A stretch of 62,166 nucleotides of DNA from Tubiluchus corallicola (taxonomy: Eukaryota > Animalia > Priapulida). The position numbers and the translations under genes are program-made. Position 1 is the stretch's first letter. Each line of letters begins with the position of its first letter. The notes under the pieces are model-generated. The model was not told the origin of the DNA and did not search any database. It worked only from the letters and a program-made list of their open reading frames with translations. Of this stretch, positions 24,895 to 36,750 are shown piece by piece. Location of the stretch: positions 1-62,166 of the forward strand of contig JAQGDQ010001110.1 of assembly GCA_030141605.1 (NCBI GenBank). The letters run 5' to 3'.

Positions 24895-25021
24895 CATATC
24901 AAGACCATAAGCACTATGAGCCGTCCCTTGAGCTGTTGACTGATCACAAATATGGGAAATCTCCAAAGCATCTGAACTTTCTATGATTGGCTGCGGTCGT
25001 GGCCTATTGAAACTGTTGAAA
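24895..25021 (-). CDS. dachs: Dachs exon (tail)
   Basis: 127 nt; FNSFNRPRPQPIIESSDALEISHICDQSTAQGTAHSAYGLDM. Confidence 0.87.
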
Positions 25022-25444
25022 CTGAAACGTAAATTAACAAGACATGAATGAAAACTCACATAAGCTGCAACATTTGACGACAACGAAAAGAATTTGTACT
25101 TGCGCATTCGAAGGTATCGATTAGATTATTTCATGTTCAGAACTAGAAGTCTTCCACAAGACTATTCTATGCAGTGCAATAGAAGTTAAACAGTAATTGG
25201 GCAAGACGTCCCATGGCTCTCCTATTCTAGCGCAAAGATAAGAAACTAAATCTGTCATGTCTTAAGGACAAAAACAGGCCCTGACATTTGGGCCTCACAG
25301 CATGTTGTTTAGGCAAGCAAACTGCCACAGACAATGTTTTTTAATACCTTAGTGGCCAAAGGTTACTCTAGAATATACTGCAGGTTTGGCAAAAAGAAAT
25401 TTCGTTGAAGGATATTCCAAATATTGTGATTTAAAAATCAATAC

Positions 25445-25645
25445 CTTTGTTTTGGAGGTGGCTTTGCAGGCTTTGGAAGCTTGACCGGCGTTCTGTTTCG
25501 ATTGTATTGTCGCAGCTCCAAGGTACGTCGCAGGCTTGGCCAGTTCTTCGTCACGTGCCATCGACGGTAGTTCTTCTGTATCACCACGGCTGCTTGACCG
25601 CGTTTGGTCAAGCGAAGGTTTTCCAACTGCTGCCTGGTGATTTCA
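25445..25645 (-). CDS. dachs: Dachs exon: IQ motif and basic/Pro-rich segment
   Basis: 201 nt; EITRQQLENLRLTKRGQAAVVIQKNYRRWHVTKNW...KLPKPAKPPPKQ. Confidence 0.92.
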
Positions 25646-26610
25646 CTGTAAACGAAGTAATGAACACTGAGAGATAATTGCGTCAGAAGTAGATCCAGAG
25701 GGAGTCCAGGGTGTGGCGATGCCCTGTCACTTCGCCCAAGTTTCAGAGCTAATTGTCTATACTTTACTTGTAATATCGAAAATCGTAAAACAGTCAAACT
25801 TGCCACAAAAATTTGTATATTGATATCTTCTGTATTACACAACTGGCGGTGTGAAGCAAAAACTTCTATGACAATTTCTCAAACAAAGACGCTAACGAAA
25901 CTTTTATAATTTCTAAAGACGCTAACGACACTAGTAATCTAAACAACATGTCCGCTCTTTTTACACTCGTCTCCTGCAGACTCGTGCACGCCGAACAATC
26001 CCCGGTCACGTGATCATTCTGATTGCGTCAGCACACAGGTGTCCAGACCCTTCCCTTTTCAGAAAACTAAGCAAAAATCCACCCGTGCACAATAAAAGGG
26101 TGCTTTAAAATGCACACCCTTTTCTGACAAAAAACAAAACTAATTTTCTCATTTGTACGGGACAGTTGGAAAATGACTGATTTCATTAAGCAATTTTTTT
26201 AATAGCAGTGAAACAATTGTGATCAAGCAAAGTTTTCACTGTCTCCCACTTCCAATCACATATAATCAACTGTTATCAAAGAACAAGGATAACAGCAGTT
26301 CAGAAACTAACACAAGCATAGTGAGCTTACATCCGAAATTTACAACTGTTATAGTTCTACAGCATATAGAAAATTTTATAATAGACATATCCTTTCTTTA
26401 TATATCAAATCTATATTATTTATTAGCAACGTCTGATCTTGCATAGTTTAAAACTCTCTGTATAACAAATCAGGACACTAACTGATTAGGTTAACTATGT
26501 ACATGTATACCTGTATACCTAAATCAACACAGCAGTAACAACACATCAGATGGCATAACACATGTAATCTTTTTACAGAGTAGATTGTATTGTTAAGACA
26601 ACAGTCATAC

Positions 26611-26708
26611 CTGAGAAATATGTGTTTGTGTCCAATCGCCCAGCTGCTACTAGCATTGTAAGGTGCACGACTGTCTTGCAAAATCTGAGCAAATCTGTCC
26701 AGTATTGC
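26611..26708 (-). CDS. dachs: Dachs exon (end of converter)
   Basis: 98 nt; AILDRFAQILQDSRAPYNASSSWAIGHKHIFLS. Confidence 0.92.
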
Positions 26709-26791
26709 CTATAATCAAAAATCAATATTTATTGCACAAAAATTATTATTGTTTGCAATAAAAAAATCTTTATATTACCTGCAGGGAGTCA

Positions 26792-27705
26792 ACACTTAGT
26801 AATGTAACATCTACTATAAGGTAACCAAAGAGTTTGAACACAAGTAAACACTTAGTAATGTAACATCTACTATAAGGTAACCAAAGAGTTTGAACACAAG
26901 TAAACACTTAGTAATGTAACATCTACTATAAGGTAACCAATGAGGTTGAATACAAGTAAATACTTAGTAATGTAACATCTACTATAAGTCAATCAATGAG
27001 GTTGAACACGTTTAGTAATGTAACATCTACTATAAGTCAATCAATGAGGTTGAACACAAGTGAACACTTAGTAATGTAACATCTACTATAAGTCAATCAA
27101 TGAGGTTGAACACAAGTAAACACTTAGTAATGTAACATCTACTATAAGGTAACCAAAGAGTTTGAACACAAGTAAACACTTAGTAATGTAACATCTACTA
27201 TAAGGTAACCAATGAGGTTGAATACAAGTAAATACTTAGTAATGTAACATCTACTATAAGTCAACCAATGAGGTTGAACACTTAGTAATGTAACATCTAC
27301 TATAAGTCAATCAATGAGGTCGAACACTAGTCAACACATAGTAATGTAACATCTACTATAAGTTAATCAATGAAGTTGAACACAAGTAAACACATAGTAA
27401 TGTAACATCTACTATAAGTTAATCAATGAAGTTGAACACAAGTAAACACTTAGTAATGTAATATCTACTATAAGTCAATCAATGAGGTTGAATACAAGTA
27501 AATACTTAGTAATGTAACATCTACTATAAGTCAACCAATGAGGTTGAACACTTAGTAATGTAACATCTACTATAAGTCAATCAATGAGGTCGAACACTAG
27601 TCAACACTTAGTAATGTAACATCTACTATAAGGTTACCATTGAGGTTGAACACGAGTAAACACTTAGTAATGTAACATCTACTATAAGTCAATCTATGAG
27701 GCTGA
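26792..27705. repeat. 56-bp minisatellite with shorter variant units, about 17 copies
   Basis: Core CACTTAGTAATGTAACATCTACTATAAG followed by a variable segment. Confidence 0.95.
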
Positions 27706-27760
27706 GCACTGATGAATATGATAGATATTAACATGTGACAGAAATGACATAAAGTCTTAC

Positions 27761-27867
27761 TTTGCATTCTTCATAAGTCTTGTTTTCCTGTTTGCTGGTA
27801 ACTGGTCCCTTGAGAATAAATCGGTAGTGAGAGCTGAATGCTTTAAACCTCATCCGATGAGAAAACC
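27761..27867 (-). CDS. dachs: Dachs exon (converter)
   Basis: 107 nt; GFSHRMRFKAFSSHYRFILKGPVTSKQENKTYEECK. Confidence 0.92.
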
Positions 27868-28004
27868 CTAGAAGTAAAGTAATAATCATTAACATGTTGA
27901 TATCAAAATAAAAAACAATCAAGTCTATCCAAGCTAATTTTCAGGCAAGGAACTCAATTGTTACTAGTGGTGCTGTTGCTTTTTATCATTGTCGATGTTG
28001 TCAT

Positions 28005-28545
28005 TGACATTGCAAATGTTGGTCCAAGGCTTTGGAGTGACATAAATGATGAATTAAAAACTGTTCAGCCAATTCAAAAATTTAAAAAGAAATACAAAGC
28101 ATTGATCCTCAACAAGTACAACACTTCTTAATTTCCCACACCTACTGCAGCAGTCATACCACAATCCTGGTACAGATTATGCAAAACAAGGCATCATTGA
28201 TAATTCTTTAGAGCTGATGTCAACATAGCGCAATCTATTATCTTTCTTCCTACCATTTCCACTAACACATCCTTCTACCCTTCCTGTGTGATCTAACCTT
28301 TCTCCCAGTTCTTTTTTTTGTTCACTCATCCATTCTTTTATTATCAGGTTCACATGACAGTGGGCTTATACAAGCCTTTGCTTCTCTAGCCCACTGCAGT
28401 ACAATTATTCTTTTATGATAACGATAATGTATGACACATAATAATTCATTACAGTATGAAGTAACAATTTTGATGTCACCGTGTGCTTAATGTCATTATA
28501 TTGTACTGAATGTGATAATAATGGATGAAACTAAAACAAACAAAC
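28005..28545 (+). mobile_element. LINE 3' fragment (CR1/L2-like)
   Basis: GPRLWSDINDELKTVQPIQKFKKKYKALILNKY, then a 3' UTR with stem-loop GTGGGCT...AGCCCAC. Confidence 0.75.
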
Positions 28546-28694
28546 TAAACATTGTTGTCACTGCTCTGGTTTCCATTCATTGCCTTTATCATCTTATCAC
28601 CATGGCTACTACAGAAATCGTTAACATCGGCGACTACAGATGATGATTTTGTTTTTCAATGTCAATTTATAAGCGAAATAGTTCAGTGCCTTAC

Positions 28695-28794
28695 CTTCTG
28701 CCATCAAGTTCACTGTTTCTAGCACCTCCAGTCCACGGATTTGTGAGACAATTGCTTCACGATCAAAAAGATCAACTTCTTGGTTTTCATTCGA
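28695..28794 (-). CDS. dachs: Dachs exon (SH1/SH2 helix region)
   Basis: 100 nt; SNENQEVDLFDREAIVSQIRGLEVLETVNLMAE. Confidence 0.93.
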
Positions 28795-28905
28795 CTGAAA
28801 TTGTGAATAAGAAAAATGTGAGAAAATGTATAAAAATGTCAAGCTAGTGCAAGTAATAAGTACTTATCTGCAAATTTGTTTACAAAAAATAGTCCATCCA
28901 CGCAC

Positions 28906-29072
28906 CTTAATACATCGGATGAAATGAGGTCGGCAGTGGACAAGAGTCTTTATAAGGTTGTCGAGACGGGTGTAGTAATCTTGTGAGAGAGTATTCCTCC
29001 CTTCTTCCTCCTTTACCTCAAAGCACGGAGACACCCTGTGTACCTGTCCCCTCGGTCCACAATGATCCCCAC
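28906..29072 (-). CDS. dachs: Dachs exon: loop 2 region and PHFIRCIK
   Basis: 167 nt; GDHCGPRGQVHRVSPCFEVKEEEGRNTLSQDYYTRLDNLIKTLVHCRPHFIRCIK. Confidence 0.92.
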
Positions 29073-29506
29073 CTGGAAATGAGACATATCACAGAATTAG
29101 AAAATTTCCTACATTAGTATTAGTTTCTGCTCCTTAAACTTCTGCTGCTTCTAATTCTACTTCGAGCTGTCGTAAGAGATGAGTAAGCAACTATTTATAG
29201 CCTTTCATCCTGCCTGCTTGCAGATGCTTTGCTAAAATATTGTTCCAGATAACGTGAACAAGTTTTGGCTTTAAGTTCCCGAAAGAGAACAACTCCAGAA
29301 AATAACATGGTGCTCTTCTGAGAGTTGCCATGGTTATTACATTTTCTTTCAGAAGCTTTCGTACACCCATCAGCTGTACTGAGAGATGTATGATGAAGTC
29401 TACGAAGGGAAAAAGCTATGAAGGAAAAAGTAAAGAATTTGTTTAAGGCTTTCATGGAATTCGGACTTCATTTACAGTTGCAGAAAACAAAGTTTCTCAG
29501 GTGATT

Positions 29507-29850
29507 TACCAGTTGGCACTCAGTGACCAATGGCTATTACCAGTTGGCATTCAGTGACCGATGGCTATTACCAGTTGGCATTCAGTGACCAATGGCTATT
29601 ACCAGTTGGCACTCAGTGACCAATGGCTATTACCAGTTGGTATTCAGTGACCGATGGCTATTACCAGTTGGCATTCAGTGACCAATGGCTATTACTAGTT
29701 GGCACTCAGTGACCAATGGCTATTACCAGTTGGCATTCAGTGACCGATGGCTATTACCAGTTGGCATTCAGTGACCGATGGCTATTACCAGTTGGCATTC
29801 AGTGACCGATGGCTATTACCAGTTGGCATTCAGTGACCGATGGCTATTAC
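29507..29850. repeat. 31-bp minisatellite, about 11 copies, starting exactly at a dachs splice donor
   Basis: Unit CCAGTTGGCATTCAGTGACC(G/A)ATGGCTATTA. Confidence 0.95.
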
Positions 29851-30059
29851 CTTGATAGTTTTTCAGCTCGTTGCTGAATATGTGGGTGGCAAAACCAAAG
29901 CTACAGCAAAGCTTGTGGAAGACGGTTATCACATCGTCTGGAAGACTATCCCGGTTAACGTGAAGCAGGTCTCGCGTGTCGTATACCACGTCACCCATGT
30001 AATGCCTGATGCCAAACCGACTGTGGTCAGTTCTCGTCATTGCCGGCGGCTCAAAGAAG
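29851..30059 (-). CDS. dachs: Dachs exon (motor)
   Basis: 209 nt; FFEPPAMTRTDHSRFGIRHYMGDVVYDTRDLLHVNRDSLPDD...FSNELKNYQ. Confidence 0.92.
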
Positions 30060-30150
30060 CTGAAATTGCAAATGATTTCGAAATGAGAACACAAGACATA
30101 AGAAGCTGAAATTGCAAATGATTTCGAAATGAGAACACAAGACATAAGAA
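30055..30150. repeat. Perfect 46-bp tandem duplication spanning a dachs splice acceptor
   Basis: AGAAGCTGAAATTGCAAATGATTTCGAAATGAGAACACAAGACATA x2. Confidence 0.95.
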
Positions 30151-30673
30151 CTTTATTTCACATATAATCATGATTTACAGCATGTAGTCAGTTGGTGAAT
30201 AAATGTTTAAATAGTGTGGGGAAAGGGAACGACCGTACGGTCTTTTACTCGCTTCCCCTATATAAAGTGAAATAAATATTTTTAATCAGCATTGTAGACT
30301 ATAATAAAATTATTTTTACTAGACAATATAATGGTGTTGTTTTTTAATTCGTAGTTTTTTCTCAGTTACTGCTTTAATTAAATTTAAGATAATATAGAAG
30401 CCCAAATTACAAACAGAAAATAATTATACGAATTTGTAAAACAGGGAATTTGCGAGTTGCCTTGAATGAAGAGGAAAGAAGAAAAAGTACATTACATACG
30501 TTTGATCTAAATTAAACAGTTAAACAAGAACAAAGAAACGTTTTCTCTTGTTAAATAACAGCTACAAAGTTCAATGAAATATGAAGACACGTGGTAAAAA
30601 AATCAATAATGTTCTAAATTATTACTGAATGTACGTTAAATCGGTGATAGGCTCAGTGAGCTATGAGACTTAC

Positions 30674-30777
30674 CCTGGGTTCATCCTGTGTTGCACACGA
30701 ACCCGCTGAAGATAAGATTCATTTGTACTTCTGGGTAGCAAACTTTCGCTGTCCAATAGACTAAGAAGACCGGTCCG
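30674..30777 (-). CDS. dachs: Dachs exon (motor)
   Basis: 104 nt; RTGLLSLLDSESLLPRSTNESYLQRVRVQHRMNP. Confidence 0.92.
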
Positions 30778-31048
30778 CTATACATAAAAATATGTCCAAA
30801 TTATAAATTAGTATTAGTGATAGTATAATGTGACCGAAATCACACCAAGTGTCGTATTTTGATTAACTCAGTTGCACAAAATCGTTAAGCCACCAAGATT
30901 GTGAACTATATTTTATGTCTGCTTAAAGGGTAAAACTAGTAAGTTTTTAAAACTGTATAATAAACTTATATCTGCCAGAAAGGTTAATTATGTTGTAACC
31001 ACAGCTTGTCAAATTTGTTACCTGGTTAGTGTTGTTAGTTGCACCTAC

Positions 31049-31222
31049 CTGTGAAGAAATGAGCTCTATGCAGGGTGCATTGTCGTTATAATCGACATCT
31101 ATTTCACACTTTATGCCTTCATCTTTTGCGCACTCTAGAGTACTTTTGAAGATGTGCGTGTTATAGAAATGTTGCATTGTTTCAGCACACAGATTTATAC
31201 ATAACTGTTCAAATCCATTCTC
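31049..31222 (-). CDS. dachs: Dachs exon: relay helix
   Basis: 174 nt; ENGFEQLCINLCAETMQHFYNTHIF...DNAPCIELISSQ. Confidence 0.95.
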
Positions 31223-31403
31223 CTGCAAAGTAGAAGTCACAATTTTACAATCAACAAGGCACAAGTGCAGGAGTGATGACATAATATTTAAATGCCTGTT
31301 GAACATGTAGGAGAATTTGTAACTGCATTCTGCAAAACGAACTCTGAAATTTATTACACTTGTCTTCTTAAGAAATTTGCAAAAAATGGTGTCAACAATT
31401 TAC

Positions 31404-31525
31404 CTGACAGTTTTCGAAACCAAACATGTCCACGATTCCTATGAATCCGTCCGACCGGAACGATCCATTACTGCTGCCCGGAGACCTTGAGGACGGTAAG
31501 CTTCCATTTGACATCCGAGACATGT
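31404..31525 (-). CDS. dachs: Dachs exon: Ser-rich insert and switch II
   Basis: 122 nt; DMSRMSNGSLPSSRSPGSSNGSFRSDGFIGIVDMFGFENCQ. Confidence 0.9.
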
Positions 31526-31701
31526 CTGCAACAAACGTCAGAATCAGAATCAGTCAAAGTCGCGACCAGCGAAATGATTGCACTCGCAAACGGCGATTTA
31601 TTTCCCAAGTATTTGTAATAATCTTTCCGGTAAAATTATGCAATGCAAAACAAAAATACCTCACTGAAGAGAACTACCTACTTTCTACTGTAGAATCTTA
31701 C

Positions 31702-31846
31702 CAGCTTGATTGTGGACTGACTCATTACTGCCTCCAGAACTCAGCGTTGCGCACGTAACGCTCTTTAGACTATTGGCTCTCCTCACTACGGCAGCAACTG
31801 TTCTAGAGTACAAGGCCTTCGCAAGAGCATCTCGTGTTCTGTTAGC
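31702..31846 (-). CDS. dachs: Dachs exon (motor)
   Basis: 145 nt; ANRTRDALAKALYSRTVAAVVRRANSLKSVTCATLSSGGSNESVHNQA. Confidence 0.92.
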
Positions 31847-32303
31847 CTATAAACAAACAGATACGTACAACATTTCACATGTATTTTTTTAGTTCTTAAG
31901 CATGTATAGCAAGAAAGCAGTAACTGACATATTATACATTGTGTATTTTACATGAACTTAAATTTAAAAGTATTTTTAATTGCGTGTAAAAATTTCTGAA
32001 TTGTAAATTTTAAGTGTTTACATACTAACATCGCTTCATCAGTGTTTTTAATCATGTATAATTCGCTAACGATTTGACATTATTGTGAAACGTCACTCCA
32101 GAGACTGAACATACACAATTATTTTATGTATTGCAGTTTTATTACTACACATTTTGTGTACGTTTTATAAAGTATTTTATATATTGAAAAATTGAAGGAG
32201 CTGCGGAGTGTTAAAAACTGCAATGAACATATTCAGTGTGATAAACGTCTATCCAAAAAGGGTAGAGAAGTTGAAAAAGTGTTCAAAATATTAGAACAAT
32301 TAC

Positions 32304-32422
32304 CGTTTGAGCGTCGCTCAGTGATTTGAATATCTGCCCTTTCACTGTTCTTGTCCTTGTTGTGAGCCCCTTGTACAACGAAACAGCTGAAATTCCTAAC
32401 AACGCCGCAACCGATTTGATTT
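32304..32422 (-). CDS. dachs: Dachs exon (motor)
   Basis: 119 nt; EIKSVAALLGISAVSLYKGLTTRTRTVKGQIFKSLSDAQT. Confidence 0.93.
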
Positions 32423-32575
32423 CTGGAAACAAAATGAAAATAAAACCATGAATAAGATATTGAGTAAAATTCCATAGGAAAGATACTGAAGAAACCATAA
32501 TAAGTATATCTCAGGTATGACATTGATAAAGATTTAATCATTTAAAGTCAAATTAAGCTAATTAATGAACTTTAC

Positions 32576-32702
32576 CATTATTTCCTCGAATGTCCAGTTC
32601 CATTCCTTGACCTTCCACAAACTCAATGTTGCCTAGCAACACCACTGCTGCCAACACTCTCATAACGTCCATAAATGGGATTCCCAGAACACCAAGTGAA
32701 CT
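32576..32702 (-). CDS. dachs: Dachs exon (motor)
   Basis: 127 nt; SSLGVLGIPFMDVMRVLAAVVLLGNIEFVEGQGMELDIRGNN. Confidence 0.93.
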
Positions 32703-33000
32703 CTGGAAAGAAGACAATTGAATCAAGTGCAAGAGAGTACAGTATACGGAGGAAAGAATTCTGCGATCACACAAGAAAACTTACTGGAATAATGGAGGCT
32801 TCATGTGGTGATTAATTAATATCTCATTTAATTATTACAAAAAGACCAGGAAAGTGATCACTGGTCATCCATCCAGCATATTAACAAAAGATCAACTAAA
32901 TATCAACACACGTCCACTACAAAAAAGCATTACTTTCTGATAATTGTATAATTGAACATTGCAAAAAAGACGGTAGCGTCGACATTTTAATAACGTAAAC

Positions 33001-33434
33001 CAGGGGTGTGCAAAAACTAATGAAAGTGTGGCCCGGGCGATTAATTGAGTGTATCCAGCTGAAGTCCGTGCCACGATCCCAAAGATAGTGCGGGTAGTTT
33101 TTTTTACTAGATCGGATGCCATTAACTCTTACAAGATGGTTGTAGCTTAATGTCACTGTACTACACAGACTGTGTGATACACATTACTAATACGCATTGT
33201 AATGAAATTACCACTATCTGTCCTGAAAGTAGAAATATATGGTTTGTAATATAAATTTTAATAACGTGTAAAATAGTATCTTGAGTGTAGTAGTAATGAT
33301 GTACACAGGTCGGATGCAAAAAATCGTTATTAGGCCCTTCTGTATTTGGCTCCTTGATCAAACTGCCTGTGGCCCACAGGAATTGTGGGAAAGTTTAATG
33401 TGGCCCGGCTAGTCAGATAATTTGCACACCCCTG
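33001..33434. mobile_element. Non-autonomous hAT-type DNA transposon
   Basis: TIR CAGGGGTGTGCAAA...TTTGCACACCCCTG; perfect 8-bp TSD ACGTAAAC at 32993-33000 and 33435-33442; subterminal GTGGCCCG motifs. Confidence 0.92.
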
Positions 33435-33467
33435 ACGTAAACAATAAGCATAGGGAAGCCAGCATAC

Positions 33468-33574
33468 CTTCCATGACTCAAATCTGGCAGCATCTTGGGC
33501 TTCGTTTTGATTGGGATCTCCGTGACTAAGATATTGTAAACTGTGGGGTGAGAAACCCTCAAGGTACAATTTCA
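33468..33574 (-). CDS. dachs: Dachs exon (motor)
   Basis: 107 nt; KLYLEGFSPHSLQYLSHGDPNQNEAQDAARFESWK. Confidence 0.92.
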
Positions 33575-34071
33575 CTGAAATAAAATAACATTCATAATTG
33601 GCACCTTGCCAAACACTTCTGATGTCGACTGAGATTAAGATTATAATGGTGCTCAAATTTTCAGATCCTAACTGTCTTTTTTTATTAGCTAATAAGCTTG
33701 TCTAATTGTTAAATAACCACCAATTTTATACAATTTCATGTATTGCATTTACATTATCTTTGTAACCAGAGGACTTTTGCATCAGTTTTAAACTGTTTTG
33801 CTCAAAGGTCATAAATTATTTTAAACAAAGCTAAATTTTACAAACATCACTTTCTCGAACAGCTGAGAATCTACCGATGTTTGTTTACGTAATTCGCTAA
33901 CCTATAAATATCAGTCATTTACAAGTCATTGTTAACCAGTTAACAGACAACTATTGACCATTCGCTTAGGCATACCAGCCACCATTAATTACTTTTTGCT
34001 AAATCTAACAACATATAACTGAAGCTATTATCTTCACCAGGAGCTGCTAAGCAGTGGTAAACATGAAATAA

Positions 34072-34430
34072 TAAGCCTTTCCACAGTTTCGCTATGAGAA
34101 TGTAAATGTACCACAGCAACGCATCTTAACTACAACTGTGACGTGACATGTGTAAAGCAAAACCTTCTGCCAGATCAGTTCAGTAACTTCAATTGTTTTA
34201 TGTGGACTTTACTTAATAATGCATTAATCTGTGCGTAGAGTGATTTACTAGCAGTATCTGGCTTGGGAACAAGAAAAAATAAACCTGGTAAGGTTCTAGC
34301 TAGCTGTTAAAACTGTTACTATTACAACAGCATGGGCTGTGAGGCATTGTCAATTGTACACAATACATTGTGTGGTACATTTTGACCTTTTCACAAATAT
34401 CATCAATCGCTGGAGCTGTGAAAAGGCTCA
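34072..34430 (+). mobile_element. MITE family C, copy 2
   Basis: Termini TAAGCCTTTCCACAG...CTGTGAAAAGGCTCA; homologous to the 6562 and 56954 copies. Confidence 0.8.
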
Positions 34431-34499
34431 TTAAATTCAGTTTGATAACTGTTCGCTGCTCATCGTAAGCAGTGTCAACATAATCAGCAAGAAACTTAC

Positions 34500-34584
34500 C
34501 TTTTTCATCTTGTGTTAAACCAGCCAGCATCTGGTAGAAAATGTGATAATTCTTTTCCCGCTTTTGAGGCCTGACTATGCGTGC
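34500..34584 (-). CDS. dachs: Dachs exon (motor)
   Basis: 85 nt; ARIVRPQKREKNYHIFYQMLAGLTQDEK, donor gtaagt. Confidence 0.94.
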
Positions 34585-34794
34585 CTGAAAAGGTTTTGTT
34601 ATTAAATTTGTTTGGAATTAGAAATTCACATTGGCAAAACCCAAGAAAACTAAAACACACGTGACAAAAATCACATTAAAATCGCAACTGACTTATACAG
34701 AAATGTAGCTTGTACAGAATCACCATAATTACACTGTTAATGTCAGTAAATCAGTGAAATTCGACAGCTGCCATTTTTTAAGAATAAAATTCAC

Positions 34795-34869
34795 CTGGTC
34801 TATGAAATAGCAGTGTATTTTTGTCCGATAGAGAGCACCATCTGTTACGTGTACTTCTATAAATTGACC
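34795..34869 (-). CDS. dachs: Dachs exon (motor)
   Basis: 75 nt; GQFIEVHVTDGALYRTKIHCYFIDQ. Confidence 0.93.
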
Positions 34870-35772
34870 CTGTAACATGAAAACACGTGAAACAATGAAC
34901 CAGGCAAAGTAAGCTAGCAAAGCATTTTAGACAGAACACAGCATTTTTTTCACTAACAAAATCTTAAACAACTGACAAAAAACTTGTCTAAATGCATTAT
35001 TAACATTGCTTAGGTTTCAAGAATAAACGCATACCCTTAAGCACATTACACGTAATTAAAACACGCACTACCGTGTCATTAAATTGTCGTAACCAGTTAG
35101 TTAATCAAGGCTGACATTTTGGTGTTGACGTAACCAGCAGTTAACGCTTAGGAAACTAAGAGTACAAGAAAACCCAAGCAATCGTAATAAAAGAAATGGG
35201 ACGGTTGAAATAAACAAAGTAATATGGCACATTCAGACTCAGACGGGAGTGTTCTCTCTGATATCAAACTCACAAGTGTGAATGATTTTTTCGAGTTACT
35301 GTCAGCAAGAAATTACAAACTCTCGATAGTTGAGTGAGATGATTTACTGTCTGATATGAATGTCTCAGTGAGTTACTCTTGCAGTGAATAGAAGAGGGAG
35401 TGTCAACTTGCGTTTACTGTATGAGAGTGAACATACAGTGTGAACAAGCTCTCTAGTGTGAACATGCTTGCGAATTACTTTGCAAGATAAATCGCTAGTC
35501 AGATTGCATCCATAAGTTTTAGGCTAGTGGTGCGTATAATGTGTAGATACAGTTTTAATCAATCACTGCTCACTAGGGCCAATGCAGCCATGTTATTAAT
35601 TATGCATTTAGCTGATATGGTCAAAAAACATTTGTATTGAATTAAATTTGAAGTCCAGTTTACAGGTTGTAAGAATATAAACTGTCTATTCAAGGTTTAT
35701 TCTAAAGTCTATTGTTATTCCCCAGTTAACTATACGCAGCAGATGTGAAACAAGCTTTACTCTCACACATAC

Positions 35773-35947
35773 CATACGACTAGATTCTGTGTTGGAGACT
35801 ATCTTTGCATTTCCTAGTGAGCGCAGTACGGTAAAAGCGGCTGAAAGATGCTTGAACGTATCCGTTTCCGGCCCACCTCCGGCTACGTCAAACAACTGTC
35901 GTAGTAACTGCATGGAGGCGTATGTTTTGCCACTTCCGGCCACACCG
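35773..35947 (-). CDS. dachs: Dachs exon: P-loop and switch I
   Basis: 175 nt; GVAGSGKTYASMQLLRQLFDVAGGGPETDTFKHL...NTESSRM, donor gtatgt. Confidence 0.95.
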
Positions 35948-36260
35948 CTAAAACATGAATTAATAGCTTTATAAAGCATTGAAAATTAAAACAAAAGTAG
36001 CAGCTGATATTTTTAGTAATACAGTGTAGAAGGGCTATTCTTGCAGGTGGAGACGAGCTAGATAAGGACAGAGTTACTGGGCAAGGCAGCAAGGTAAATT
36101 TACATGTGTTAACCTAAGAGTAACAGCATTTTATTTGCTAATTCAAGATAAAAAATCAGAACATACACATAATTTGTGGAATAACACAAAATAGGAGAGC
36201 TAGTGAACCGATTAATCAGTTAGCATGATTAATTTGCTAATTACTAATGTCCAGATTTGG

Positions 36261-36750
<490 letters not shown>

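Noticed and set aside
31660-31700. Extension or micro-exon after dachs exon 31702-31846
   Set aside because: In-frame TAG on read-through, and the implied intron would be too short
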